A DNA stretch of 64,000 nt from the human T2T-CHM13v2.0 reference genome, Homo sapiens (GCF_009914755.1 NC_060940.1), one strand, 5' to 3'. Shown: positions 16,701-31,999, counted from the stretch's first letter. A program made the numbers and translations. Notes: generated by a model not told the origin, from the letters alone.

Positions 16701-18017
16701 TCAGCCCAGAATGGAGAAGTTAATTCTCTTATTAGAGCTTGTCAATTAACTAAAAACCAGGATTAAATACAGATGTTCTACATTAGTGTGTAATTTTGAA
16801 ATGTGTTGCAAGCAGAGGAGGTTCTTATGTCTCCTAGAAGCCCCATCAAAATGGACAAAAAAAGACACTTTTAAATAAATTCCTACATTATAGAGACCTG
16901 ACATATGAATTTGAAACCAAATGCCAACAAAGGAGAAAACAAACAAATAAAACAACTAGTATGGAAGCTAGAATAATGTGATGCACCATTACACCAAATA
17001 TTCAGTCTTAACATGGTTTTTAATATTATGTAAACATGGAAGGTATTGCCATTGTTCATATGATACAGAATCAATGGCACTCACAATCATCTGAATATAT
17101 TGAAAAATGGCACCTTCAAATAAAAATTGTGAAAACTTCAATAAAATATTGAACTCTATTCACCAAGGGTTATACCATTAGCACTATGGCATGATGGTTT
17201 CCTCCCTCAGCACACATCAGTTATTACCCTATGACTTGGTAGCTGGAAGATTCACACTTTCGAGATTTTACCCTCATCACATACCTTTGTCCTATTGCAT
17301 GCATGTGTTACAAAATATTGAAAATGATTTTTGTGTTATACACACTCCAATGACTAAAAATTTAAAGTTGCCTTTTTACCACATCTTTTAACAGCATTTT
17401 GTGATATCCGACCATGAAGTTATGTCTATTGTGTGTCTTTTATCACACAATGTGAATCTAGTTAGGAATCGCAGGAGCTTCCTCATTTGACACCAGTGGG
17501 TGTTTCACACTGTGCAATCCCCTTCCTGTGAGTGGAAAGCCTCACTCTGACCCACCACGAAACCATCACAAAAGCCCTGAGCCAGTCTGCTTTCTGGCTC
17601 TATCGAGCCATTTTGGGTGTTCCTTAGAGACCAGCACTAATCTCAACAGACCCCTCAAGAGGTAATTAACTTTTCCATATTCACATCGAGGGAGTACGCA
17701 GCACCCACAGATGTGACATCCACATGACATTTTAGTTGAGATCCCTTCGCCTTTTTGAGGTGTCAACTAGAACTGACGCTGTGAGCTTGTTGTCATGGCT
17801 GCTAAACACAGGACCCACCTGTTCCCTGAACCAACTCCAGGATAGAGCTGGACATGCCTGGTGTGGTTTGATAAACTCCCATTTTTAATAAAATCATGAC
17901 ATTATTTTGCTGTATTCTAGTGTTTCCCTAAAAATACAGGTAGACCCAGCGTGTATTCATATGTATATTCAGGAGTCACTGATTTCTCATAGATATTTAA
18001 TGGAATATGTAATCCTT

Positions 18018-21000
18018 TCTTTAAATTATACTTTACGTTCTGGGGTACATGTGCAGAATGTGCAGTTTTGTTACATAGGTATACATACACACGCCATGGT
18101 TGTTTGCTGCACCCATCAACCTGCCATCTACTTGAGGTATTTCTCCTAATGCTATCCCTCCCCTAGCCCTTTACCTCCTAACAGGCCTCAGTGTGTGATA
18201 TTCCCCTCCCTGTGTCCATGTGGTCTCATGGTTCAACTACCACTTACGAGTGAAAACAGCGGTGTCTGGTTTTCTGTTCTTCTGTTAGTTTGCTGAGAAT
18301 GATGGTTGTCAGCTTCATCCATGTCCCTGCAAAGGACATGAACTCATCCTTTTTTATGGCTGCATAGTATTCCATGGTGTATATGTGCCACATTTTCTTT
18401 ATCCAGTCTATTATTGATGGACATTTGGGTTGGTTTCAAGTCTTTGCTATTGGGAATAGTGCCGCAATAAACACACGGGTGCATGTGTCTTTGTAGTAGA
18501 ATGACTTATAATCCTTGGGGTACATACCAAGTAATGGGATTGCTGGGTCAAATGGTATTTCTAGTTCTAGATCCTTGAGGAATCGCCACACTGTCTTCCA
18601 CAATGGATGAACTTATTTACACTCCCACCAACAGTGTAAAAATGTTGCTATCTCTCCACATCTTCTCCAGCATCTGTTGTTTCCTATTTAATTGTCACCA
18701 TTCTAACTGGTGTGAGATGGTATCTCACTGTGGTTTTGATTTGCATTTCTCTAATGACCAGTGATGAGGAGGATTTTTTCATGTTTTTTTGGCTGCATAA
18801 ATGTCTTCTTTCGAGAAATGTCTGTTCGTATCCTTCACCTACTTTTTGATGGTTTTTGTTTTTCTTGTAAATTTGTTGTAGATTCTGGATATTAGCCCTT
18901 TGTCAGATGGATAGATTGCAAAAATTTTCTCCCATTCTGTAGGTTGCCTGTTCATTCTGATGATAGTTTCTTTTGCTGTGCAGAAGCACTTTACTTTAAT
19001 TATATCTCATTTATCAGTATTAGCTTTTGTTGCCATTGCTTTTGGTGTTTTAGACTTGAAGTCTTTGCCCATGCCTATGTCCTGAATGGTATTGCCTAGA
19101 TTTTCTTCCGGGATTTTTATGGTTTCAGGTCTTGATAAGTCTTTCATCCATCTTGAGTTAATTTTTGTATAAGCTGTAAGGAAGGGGGTCCAGTTTCAGT
19201 TTTCTGTATATGGCTTGCCAGTTTTCCCAACACCACTTATTAAATAGTTCTGGAATTCTTTCCCCATTGTTTGTGTCAAGATTGTCAAAGATCAGATGGT
19301 TGTAGATGTGTGCTGTTATTTGGGAGGCCTCTGCTCTGTTCCATTGGTGTATATATCTGTTTTGGTACCAGTACCATGCTGTTTCAGTTACTGTAGCCTT
19401 GTAGTATAGTTTGAAGTCAGGTAGCATGATGCCTCCAGCTTTGTTTTTTTTTTTTTTTGCTTAGGATTGTCATGGCTATGCAGGATTTTTTTGGGTTCCA
19501 TATGAACTTTAAAATAGTTTTTTCCAATTCTGTGAAGAAAGTCATTGGTAGTTTGATGGGGACAGCATTCAATCTATAAATTGCTTTGGGCAGTATGGCC
19601 ATTTTCATGATATTTATTCTTCTTATTCATGAGCATGGAATGTTTTTCCATTTGTTTCGGTCCTCTCTTATTTCCTTGAGCAGTGGTTTGTAGTTCTCCC
19701 TGAAGAGATCCTTCACATCCCTTGTAAGTTGTATTCCTAGGTATTTTATTTTCTTTGTAGCAATTTTGAGTGGGAGTTCACTCATGATTTGGCTCTCTGT
19801 TTTTCTGTTATTGGGTTATAGAAATGCTTGTGATTTTTGCACATTGATTTTGTATCCTGAGACTTTGCTGAAGTTGCTTATCAGCTTAAGGAGATTTTGG
19901 GCTGAGACGATGGGGCTTTCTAAATATACAATCGTGTCATCTGCACACAGAGACAATCTGACTTCCTCTTTTCCTATTTTTATACAATTTATTTCTTTCT
20001 CTTGCCTGATTACCCTGGCCAGATCTCTCAATACTATGTTGAATTGGAGTGGTGAGAGAGGCATCGTTGTCTTCTGCTGGTTTTCAAAGTAAATGCTTCC
20101 AGTTTTTGCCCATTCCATATGATATTGGCTGTGGGTTTGCCATAAATAGCTTTTATTATTTTGAGATACATTCCATGGATACCTAGAGTATTGAGTTTTT
20201 AGCATGAAGGGGTGTTGAATTTTGTTGAAGTCCTTTTCTGCATCTATTGAGATAATCATGTGGTTTCTGTCATTGGTTCTGTTTATGTGATGGATTACAC
20301 TTATTGATTTGCATATGTTGAAACAGCCTTGCATCCCAGGGATGAAGCCGACTTGATCGTGGTGGATAAGCTTTTTGATGTGCTGCTGGATTCGGTTTGC
20401 CAGTATTTTATTGAGAATTGGTGCATTGATGTTCATCAGGGATATTGGCCTGAACTTTTTTTTTTTTTGTTATGTCTCTGCCAGGTTTTGGTATCAGGAT
20501 GATGCTGGCTTCATAAAAAGAGTTAGAGAGGAGTCCCTCTTTTTCTATTGTTTGAAATAGTTTCAGAAGGAATGGTAACAGTTCCTCTTTGTACCTCTGG
20601 TAGAATTTGGCTGTGAATCCATCTGGTCCTGGACTTTTTTTGGTTGGTATGCTATTAATTACTGCCTCAATTTCAGAATTTGTTATTGTTCTATTCAGGG
20701 ATTCGACTTCTTCCTGCTTTAGACTTGGGACGGTGTATGTGTCCAGGCATTTATCCACTTCTTCTAGATTTTCTAGTGTATTTGCATAGAGGTTTTTATA
20801 GTATTCTCTGATGGTAGTTTGTATTTCGGTGGGATCAGTAGTGATATCCCCTATATTACATTTTATTGCACCTATTTGATTCTTCTCTCTTTTCTTCTTT
20901 ATTAATATGGCTAACTTTCTATCTATTTTGTTGATGTGCTGTATTCAGGAGACCCATCTCATGTGCAAAGACACACATAGGCTCAAAATAAAGGGATGGA

Positions 21001-21943
21001 GGAATATTTACCAAGCAAATGGAAAGCAAAAAAAAGAAAAAAAGAAAAAAAACAAAAGCAGGAGTTGCAATCCTAATCTCTGATAAAACATTTTAAACCA
21101 AAAAGGATCAAAAGAGACAAAGAAAGGCACTGCATAATGGTAAAGGGATCAATGCAACAAGAAGAGCTAAATATCCTAAATATATATGCACCAAATACAG
21201 GAGCACCCAGATTCATAAAGGAAGTCCTTAGAGACCTACAAAGAGACTTAGACTCCCACACAACAAGAGTGGGAGACTTTAACTCCCCGCTGTCAATATT
21301 AGACAGATCAATGAGACAGAAAATTAACAAGGATATTTAGGACTTGAAGTCAGCTCTGGACCAAGCAGACCTAATAGATATCTACAGAACTCTCCACCCC
21401 AAGTCAACAGAATATACATTCTTCTCAGCACCTCATCGCACATATTCTAAAACTGACCATATAATTGGAAGTAATACACTCCTCGCCAAATGCAAAAGAA
21501 CAGAAATCATAACAAACAGTCTCTCAGACCACAGTGCAATAATCAAATTAGAACTCAGGATGAAGAAATTCACTCAAAACTGCACAACTACATGGAAACT
21601 GAAAAACCTGTTCCTGAGTGTCTACTGGGTAAATAAAGAAATGAAGGCAGAAATAAAGATGATCTTTGAAACCAAAGAGAACAAAGACACAACATATGAG
21701 AATCTCCGGGACACATTTAAAGCAGTGTGTAGAGGGAAATTTATAGCACTAGATGCCTACAAGAGAAAGCAGGAAAGATCTAAAACTGACACCCTAACAT
21801 CAAAATTAAAAGAACTAGAGAAGCAAGAGCAAATTCAAAAGCTAGCAGAAGAGAAGAAATAACTAAGATCAGAGCAGAACTGAAGGAGATAAAGACATGA
21901 AAATCAACTTCAAAAAATCAACGATCCAGGAGCTTGTTTTATG
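18018..21943 (-). mobile_element. 5'-truncated L1PA element with 5' inversion (minus 18018-~20935; inverted plus-strand piece ~20936-21943)
   Basis: L1 3'UTR at 18020-18330. Decayed ORF2 RT fragments on minus ([33 protein letters not shown]). Endonuclease fragments on plus ([30 protein letters not shown]). Confidence 0.92.
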
Positions 21944-23051
21944 AATCTTTAATTCTGTGTTGAGAAATTTAAAATTTCTTTAGTTTGATGATTGAAGTCC
22001 TTATGCCATCGTTCTGAGATTTTCTTTTTTATTTCTCATATATTTTATCCATCTCTAAATTCTTTTCTACCAAATTATATATGTTTAAATTTTTAGTATT
22101 TTAATAAGTTGAAATTAGAAAGTAACAATCTTCCCTTAATGTGTACAATTTAACAAATAATGACATAACCGTAACTTTTCTCAATACAGAAAAAATAATC
22201 CTCAAAATTTCCTCTTGTTGTCCTGTAATTTCCGCTTCCTACACCTTCCCTTCTCATACCATGACCACGGCCAACTACTGGTTTTCATTATGTAACTTTA
22301 GATTAGTTTTCATTTTATAGAATTTATAAAAGTGGAACTGTATGTATGTACTTGTATTTCTTTGGTTTATGTTACTCGTCATAAGTACTTGTGAATTTAC
22401 CCTTGTTGCTCATTTCCAGCAGTACTTGTTTGAACAGTGGGTATTATTCAAGTGAATGAATTTAGAACAAAGTGTTTACTGCTTAACCTGCTGATCAATA
22501 TTTGGATTGCTTTCAGTATCTGGGTATTATAAAGAAAGGTGCTACTCAGCTTAGAGAACTACACAGTTGAGAAAGACAATGTTCTTATTCCTACATCAAC
22601 GTGAACAGCAGTTAAACTGAAAAAGCTGCACTTCAATACATTTTCTTCAACACATCAGGTAATTAAAGTTGTAGAACTCTTTGTGTGTGTCAGTTTGTGT
22701 GTGAGAGAGGAGGGAGGAAGGGACACAGAACAAGTGAGAGATCCTACATAATTGACCATAATTTATGAGGTGCTCAAATATATACAAGGACTTAGTCCTG
22801 AAGGACAAGGTCCACATTAGATGGAGAGGACAACTTGGTGCACCTACGTGTGGCTATATATTTATATAAATATCATTGTCTAATAATACAATAATATACA
22901 TTAGAATAAATATGGTGGAGAGTAAAATATGTCAGTGATGAAAAACCCCACCTCCAGCACCTTTTTTCCCCTCTTGCACCTGCCTTAATGTGTCCTGAGC
23001 GCCCCTTGGTGACCTGAGCACCCCCTGGTGTCCTGAGCTTCCCTGCAGGGA

Positions 23052-23365
23052 GGTTTGTGTCTGGCCTCACAATGACTTCCCCCTCTGTGTCTTTTGTATA
23101 AAAATCCATGGTGGTGTACTCATTGCACATGTAGCCCAGCTGTAGGAAAAACTGCTTTCTGAATGTGTATCTGGAGGTGGTGACTGGACTCTTGAGAAGC
23201 GGGTGGTACTGTGTGCTTCCTCATGACCTACACACCTGACCCACTTCAGCTCCTTCCCTAGGGGCTGGCAGATCCAGCTCCAGGAGGAAGTACTGGTTAT
23301 GATCAGAAATCCAGAGGCAGCACAGGTGAAGGAGAGGGTCTCTGAGGGCTTTACTAGAACATGAC
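23052..23365 (-). pseudogene. Degenerate clan II IGHV pseudogene (IGHV(II)-15-1-like) with degenerate RSS
   Basis: [15 protein letters not shown]...[15 protein letters not shown] framework. Heptamer CACAGAG (23083-23089), 22-nt spacer, ACACAAACC (23052-23060). Frameshifted, 5' end interrupted. Confidence 0.8.
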
Positions 23366-23509
23366 TGCACTGAAAAACACAATTTTTGTCATACGCAGCA
23401 TCTGAATGACATTTTGATGAGAACGATCCCAGGCTAGAAGCATCAATAACAAGGTTGACATCAGTGTAAGGTTGGACAGGCAGTTGCTGTGCAGATATTT
23501 TCACAGAAG

Positions 23510-23770
23510 TAATTCTTTTATTGTTGTGGTTGCCTTTGTGCAAGGTTGTGGCTTTTCTGAGTGTTATAAAACTAGCTCTTGTTGTTAGGGATATAAGTAA
23601 TTATTTTGTTGTTGTGGTTGCCTTTGTGCACAGTTGTGGCTATTCTGAGTGTTATAAAGCTAGCTGTTGTTCTTAGGGATATAAGTAATTCTTTTATTGT
23701 TGTGGTTGCCTTTGTTCAATTTGTGGTTTTTTGGAGTGTTATAAAGCTAGGTCTTGTTCTCAGGGGTATG
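23510..23770. repeat. ~88-nt tandem repeat x3
   Basis: TAATTCTTTTATTGTTGTGGTTGCCTTTGT...GAGTGTTATAAA-CTAG... recurs at ~23510, ~23598 and ~23687. Confidence 0.85.
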
Positions 23771-24734
23771 TGCATGAGAAGCTTCCATAAATGGCCTTCC
23801 TCAGCTCCATTTGTCAGGGTTTGAACACAAGGGACTCCAGTTGGATTCCAACAACTTTTACAGGCTCTTCTAACACTACCGGTGAAGAAGGTGACTCTGT
23901 GACAGTTTACACAGCACAGGATCAATTCCACATCCTCACCCCACTTTGACCAAAGAAGCTTATGCCCTCATTCCTAATGGCCACATGCATTCCCAGATGC
24001 GTCTCCAGAAAACAGAGTGGAGTGTGCTTAATAATGAGAGAGAAGAAAGTCTCAGCAGCCTCTCCCAATGGCTGCAGGAGTCACAGCCTGAGCCCCACCT
24101 AAGCTCCAGGGAAAGGGCTTGAGCCCCAGGATTTAGACCACAGGGACAACATCCTTTTTTCCAGAAAGCAGGAAAAGCAAATGGAAAAGCGAGAACCACT
24201 AAAAATGAAAGTCAGAAAGCACCAGATCAGTGCTGATACTCATTTGAATATTTTCAGGAGAAATGTCATACATAAAACCTGTGAGGTCCTACATGACACT
24301 GAACCTGGTCCAGCCTCTCTCTTGGCTGTAATCAAAATCCCTAAAAGCCATTCTAGTCAGGGAATCCCATTGAAGTTCCTATCCTGAGTCTGACTGGAGA
24401 AGACTCACCGGGCACCCCTGAGCTTCCTCATGACTCTGATGCTGGTGCGCATGGTTGAGGAGTTCTCATTCCTGTAGGTGGCAACGTACATACTGTGCAT
24501 GTGAGAATGAGTCCTCATATGACAATGATTAAAAAAAATATGTAGAGATGACATTGGTGGGCACAGAAATCTAAAATTAAAGAGTTTCCCTACAGAAACT
24601 GTCAGAAGCAGAGGAAGTCCCAAATCCTGACAGGAAACAAACCCCAGCCTCCATGTGAACCTGCTCTGGGGTTGACTCTGATGAATGGGTCCTGAGCGCC
24701 CCCTGCAGTGATTTCCCCCAACGTTCCTGCAGGA

Positions 24735-24773
24735 GGTTTGTGTCTGGGCTCACACTTGTGTCCCCTCACAGGA
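24735..24773 (-). other. Defective 23-RSS
   Basis: Heptamer TCCTGTG (24767-24773; CAC lost), 23-nt spacer, intact nonamer ACACAAACC (24735-24743). Confidence 0.9.
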
Positions 24774-25228
24774 TTTCTCACACAGTAATACACGGCCATG
24801 TCCTTGGCTCTCTGTCTGTTCTTTTGCAGATACAGGGACTTGCTGGAATTGTCTCTGGAGATGGAAAATTGGCCCTTCACGGAGTCCACATAGTGCGTCT
24901 TACCGCCATTCCAACTAATACCCGAGACCCACTCCAGCCCCTTTCCTGGAGCCTAGAGGACCCAGTTTATGTCACTGTTACTGAAGGTGAATACAGAGGC
25001 TGCACAGGAGAGTCTCAGGGACCCCCCAGGCTGGACCAAGCCTCCCCCAGACTCCACCAGCTGCACTTCACACTGCACACCTGCAAACACAGAGACATCC
25101 TGGTCAGAAACTGCCACACATAGCCACTGTTCTGTCACTCATGTCCCCTCACACTCAATATCCTTAGTTCTCCATGAATTACCTTTTAAAATAGCAGCAA
25201 GAAAAACCCAGCTCAGCCCAAATTCCAT
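24774..25228 (-). pseudogene. IGHV3OR16-16: IGHV3-16-like orphon V segment with nonsense codon
   Basis: Leader 25183-25228 (MEFGLSWVFLAAILK-G). V exon 24774-25080 reads [38 protein letters not shown], with TAG at 24953-24955, and continues ...[17 protein letters not shown]...YYCVR. The symbol could equally be IGHV3OR16-15. Confidence 0.9.
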
Positions 25229-25348
25229 GGTAATTTGTTTATTGCTGTTGACCCAATAGAAACACCTGAGAATCCCAGGGCTGGGGCTTCTCTCCCACGG
25301 CTGCAGGGTCAGGGCTGGGCTGCTTTTCATCAGAAAAGGGAGGGTCCT

Positions 25349-25356
25349 ATTTGCAT
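25349..25356 (-). promoter_or_regulatory. IGHV octamer
   Basis: Perfect ATGCAAAT ~120 nt upstream of the leader ATG. Confidence 0.85.
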
Positions 25357-25724
25357 GTCTCCTATTACATAGCAAGCTCTGAAGTGGGACACCTGAGGAG
25401 AGGACTGAGCCCAGAGTAATGAGAGTGAAACAGCAAACCTGAACAACTACAGATAAAAAAAAAAAAAAAAAAAAAAAACCTCAGCATATCAGAGTTGATA
25501 TCATGGAGCAAACATGAACTGAAAATTTGAGGATAGGGGTTGATAGGGAGACCCAGGATGCATATATGAGTGTACCTGGGGCAGGTGTCACTCCATGGCA
25601 TTTAAGCTAACCTGGAAACATTTAGAGTTCCTTGAGGATGTGCGCATTAACAGTGTTGGAGTGTGAAGCTTCTAGAGCCATATATTGTTGCAGGCTTTCC
25701 TTACAAAGTTTGAAATATCCCACA

Positions 25725-27346
<1,622 letters not shown>

Positions 27347-27389
27347 TCAAGCTATTTAACATATCCATCACCTCACAAATGTGTAATTT

Positions 27390-27683
27390 CTTTTTTTTTT
27401 TTTTGAGACTGAGTCTCACTCTGTCGCCCAGGCTGGAGTGCAGTGGTGCGATCTTGGTCACTGCAGCCTTTGCTTCCCAGGTTCAAACAATTCTCCTGCC
27501 TCAGCCTCCCAAGTAGCTGGGATTACAGGCGCCCAACACCACGCCTGGCTAACTTTTGTGTTTTTAGTGGAGACAGGGTTTCACCATTTTGGCCAGTCTG
27601 GTCTTGAACTCCTGACCTTGTGATCCACCCACCTCGGCCTCCAAAAGTGCTGGGATTAGAGGTGTGAGCCCCCACTCCCGACC
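27390..27683 (-). mobile_element. AluS-like element within an old L1M fragment (~26990-28000)
   Basis: Alu consensus with TAATTTCTT flanks; L1M 3' sequence on both sides. Confidence 0.85.
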
Positions 27684-28004
27684 TGTATAATTTCTTAGTG
27701 GGAAAAATTTTAACATTTACATTTTTAGCCATTTTGAAATATACAATGCATTCATAGCCATATTTTCCATCTTGTGCATTAGAACACTGCAACTTACTCC
27801 TTCTGTCTAACTGGAACATTTTACACTTTGACCAAAATCTCTCCTTTTCCAGTCCACCCCTCCAGCCCCTGGTAACCAACATTCTGTTCTACTTCTGTGA
27901 GTCTACCATTTTAATGCACTACAGTGAAATCATGAATTACTTGTCTTCTGCTCCTGCTTGTTGCATTTCACATGTGGTCCTCTAGAGTCATGACTGCTGT
28001 CGCA

Positions 28005-28610
28005 TTTCAAAACCAATCATGCCTGTTCAAGAGTCTGCCAAAGTCTTAACTCATTTGAGCCTTAACTCAAAAGTCCACAGTCCAAGGTCTCATTTGAGAT
28101 GAGGCAAGTCTTTTCCATATGAGCCTGTAAAATAAAAACGAAGTCAGTTACTTCCTAGAAAGAATGGGAGTTCAGGCATTGTGTAAATACAGCCATTCCA
28201 AATGGAGAAATTGGTCCAAACTACAGGCCCCATGCAAGTCTGAAATCCAGCTAAGCAGTCAAATCTTCATGTTCCAAAATAATCTTCTTTGACTCCATGT
28301 CTCAAATCCAGGTTACCTGATGTAACAGGTGGGTTCCCATGGTCTTGGGCAGTTCTGCCCCTGTGGCAGAACATTTTTAAAACTTTTCACATGAAAAGTT
28401 TTAAAAAACTTTTGCAGGGCACAGTCTCCCTCCTGGCTGCTTTCACGAGCTGGCATTGAGTGTATGTGGTTTTTCCAGAAATATGGTGCAAGCTGTCAGT
28501 GGATCTACCATTCTGGGTTCTGGAGGGCAGTGGCTTTCTTCTTACAGCTCCACTAGGTGGTACACCAGTAGAAACTCTGTGTGGGATTTCTGACCCCACA
28601 TTTCCCTGTC
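28005..28610. mobile_element. MaLR (THE1/MST) internal fragment
   Basis: CCAAAGTCTTAACTCATT...AAAAGTCCACAGTCCAAGGTCTCAT...GCAAGCTGTCAGTGGATCTACCATTCTGGG are typical MaLR-int strings. Confidence 0.7.
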
Positions 28611-28614
28611 ACAC

Positions 28615-28782
28615 TGGGACTAAAGGCATTTGCCACAATACCTGGCTATTTTTTGTATTTTTAGTAGAGACGGGGTTTTACCATGTTGGCCAGGCTGGTC
28701 TTGAACCCTTGACCTCAAGTGATCTGCCTGCCTATGACTCCCAAAGTGCTGGGATTACAGGCCTGAGCCACCATGCCTGGCC
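28615..28782 (-). mobile_element. Partial Alu (left arm plus linker)
   Basis: Alu consensus. Confidence 0.85.
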
Positions 28783-29979
28783 AAGATTAATATGTCATTT
28801 AATGATGTATTTGAAAACTTCATGGTTCTACAAACACACATACATACACAACAGCCCAGCAAAGACACATACATATGCCCATGCAAAAGTGAATGTATAT
28901 CTAAACACCAAAATAGCACACCTATTTGTTTCATATTTTTTAATTACTTAATTGAATTTAAACTGTGTTTGCAGTTTGAGGTTGTAGTAGAAAATAATGC
29001 TCTTCTACGTGTATGTCTGCCTATTCCAATACTAAAAAGACAAATATATTTAAATACATGTTTTGTTAAAGCTGAATGTAAATGCTGTTCTTGCCAAATA
29101 TGTCACTCAAACGTGCAATGGTATTAACTTTAAATATCAGTCTGCTTTTAATAAATTGAATAACTAATAAGACAAACATTGTATTACATTATTTGTTAAA
29201 TTTAGATTGTAGTTTTCAAACCAGGAAAGATAAAATTGTTTCATTTGAAAAATTAAAAAAAAAACTTTTTTGGCATGAATATTCAATACAAACTCTAGTA
29301 TTTATTTGTCAATATTCCTTTATGATAGAGAACATCCAGGATAATGAAACTGAACACAGCCCATTATTTTCAGGGCTCACTCACAATGGCATCTTCCTAG
29401 AGGGTGGTCTCAGAGGGTCCAAGCACATGGGGATTTGGACTTCATCATCAAAACATAATGAGCCCCAGGGCTGAACACACAGAGGGCAGCAGGAGCTGCA
29501 GAGCCCACTCTGTGGTACTTAGGGAAATGAGGGGATGGACTGCAGGACCCTGGAAAAGGGTGAGTAGGGCAGAGTCTGCAGGTAGATGAGCATATTCTAA
29601 GGAGAGCCATTATCCTCTAAACTTGGTTGGCTTCAGTGATTATGAAGACAAGGGAACTGATTCACCAGACTTGGAGGTCAGAAAGTAAAGTGACTTTCTT
29701 TTTCCTTCATGGAGACTGAGGAAGGTAAAATACTTTCAAAGAAAAAGGGAAGATGGAGAAACAGTCTGAAAAACAGGACACCTGAAGCCAACCAAAATGG
29801 AGAACAAGAGCATTTAAAGTCGTGTTTAATTTCCAAAAACAGCAGATGAAAGAAAAAGAAACAAAATGCCATGTATACGCTGAGTTAATGTTAAAAAACA
29901 TGTACAATTGTTTGACTATTACAGCACAAAAATACAAAACTCTAATCATTGAAACAGTTTATATTGAGGATATACATTT

Positions 29980-30247
<268 letters not shown>

Positions 30248-30544
30248 TTTTTATAATTTTACTATTTTAATAATAGTATTATTTTTAATCAAGAGAATAT
30301 ATAAATAACCTATTTTAAAAATTGTCCTGAGAGATCATTGCTAGTATTACTTGGAAAATATGCAGCATTAAAAGTTGAATTAAATTCCTGTTCTAAGTTA
30401 ATGTTTTGTAGGTAAAAGTAATCATGGATTTACAAGGAAGAAATGGTGAGAGATCCTGGGGAAGACTTTTGCTTGACCAGGTCGGGAATCACCAAGGTTT
30501 AAAAGAAAATCACAGCTTCTCAGGCTCCTGATTTGGAGCTGCTT

Positions 30545-30980
30545 CCTGAGAACCCCCGTGTACTGAGCACCCCCTGGTGGTTCTGAGTGCCCCTGGTGTC
30601 ATGAGCGCCCCCTCGTGGTACTGAGGGCACTGTGATATCCTGAGCACCCCTGATGCTTCTGAGCGCCCCCTGGTGGTTTGAGCGCCCGCCCCCCCGTGTC
30701 CTGAGCACCCCCTGGTGGTTCTGAGCGCCCCCTGGTGTCCTGAGCGCCCCCTGGTGGTCCTGAACACCCCCTGGTGACCTGAGTGCCTGCTGGTGGTCCT
30801 GGGCAAACCCTCGTGTCCTGAGTGTCCCCTTGTGATTCTGAGTGCCCCCTGGTGTCATGAGCACCCCCTCATGATCCTGAGCACCCCCTAATATCCTGAG
30901 CACACCATGGTCCTAAGCACACCCTGGTGGTTCTGAGTGCCCCCAGGTTGTCCTCAAGGTGCCCTGGTGGTTCTGAGGAG
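30545..30980 (-). repeat. Degenerate ~20-nt tandem array of CTCF-motif-like units
   Basis: About 20 units of CTGAGC(G/A)CCCCCTGGTG(G/T). Exact CCACCAGGGGGCGC on the minus strand at 30663-30676 and 30744-30757. Confidence 0.85.
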
Positions 30981-31058
30981 CATCTACCATGCAGCTCCCT
31001 CCTGTCTTCCTGCAGAGATTTTTCTGTTGGGGCTCACACAGATATTCCCTCTCCTGTG

Positions 31059-31365
31059 TCTCTCACAGTATTACAAGGCCTTGTCCTTGACTTTCAGTTT
31101 GGTCCCTTTAAGGTAGACTGCACATTAAAAGGTGTCGCTTGGGACTGTTAATTTATTTGTACTTATGGAGAGTAACTCTGAGAACTCCCACTTGATCACT
31201 CACTGTTTCCACCTACACAAATCCCTGTCGTGAAGCTGGCTGGACCAAGCTCATTGCTGTAGCCAGTAAAGGTGAAATCAGAGGCCTTGCATGAGAGTCT
31301 CAGTGAACCACTGGGTGTACAATTTTTCCTCCTCTGACTCCATCAATAAATTTCACACAGGACTT
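31059..31365 (-). pseudogene. Highly degenerate clan III IGHV pseudogene (IGHV(III)-16-1-like)
   Basis: Acceptor at 31366-31367. CTGAGACTCTCATGCAAGGCCTCTGATTTCACCTTTACTGGCTAC (FR1/CDR1-like), 3' end TACTGTGAGAGA, degenerate heptamer CACAGGA (31052-31058). Multiple stops. Confidence 0.75.
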
Positions 31366-31999
31366 CTGCAAACACTGAGGAAATGGAAGAACAGCTCCAT
31401 GTGGAGCAGCCGCACCTGGACCTGATTCACAAGGGACACTAATATTGAGGGTGATGAGAGGGGAAGCCCAAATCAGTGCAGATCCCACGGTGTGGACACC
31501 GAGGAAGGGAAGAGACATGGGTTGGCTCCTCGCCAGGGCCTGAAGGAACAGGGGATGAGCTGCCTTTCATGAGGAGGGGAGGGGACACATTTCCTTGTCT
31601 TTCTTTTAGTGGTCTTGGGTGCACCGCTCGGCATTGCTCATCCGTCCTCTGTGTCTCCATTTCAGGGGGGCAGGGTCAAAGGACTCGTGGGTCTGGATGC
31701 ACAGGGTTAATCTGCTGATTAGTCTTTTTTATTTTCTAGTGTGGACCCTGTTCAGGTATCTTCACAGTAGCAAACATTATCAAAAAAATACATCCAGTAA
31801 GAACTTAAAAATACATTTCCAGAGAAAACGGACACCAATCTCTAATCGGTGCATTTAGAGCTACAAACTACTGTTCTTGACAATAAGGCAAAGTTAAGGT
31901 ACAATAAAAAAATGCAGATCTACACCTTGTCAGGGAGGGATTTTATAATTATTATCTTGAGATCATTTTCCCATAAAACAGTTCAACATTGGATATATC

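Noticed and set aside
19158-21862. Reverse transcriptase and endonuclease ORFs as a novel retro-system
   Set aside because: These are fragmented ORF2 pieces of an ordinary truncated, inverted L1.
30510-30903. Repetitive ORFs (TPGGAQNHQG...)
   Set aside because: A product of the 20-nt tandem array, with no gene structure.
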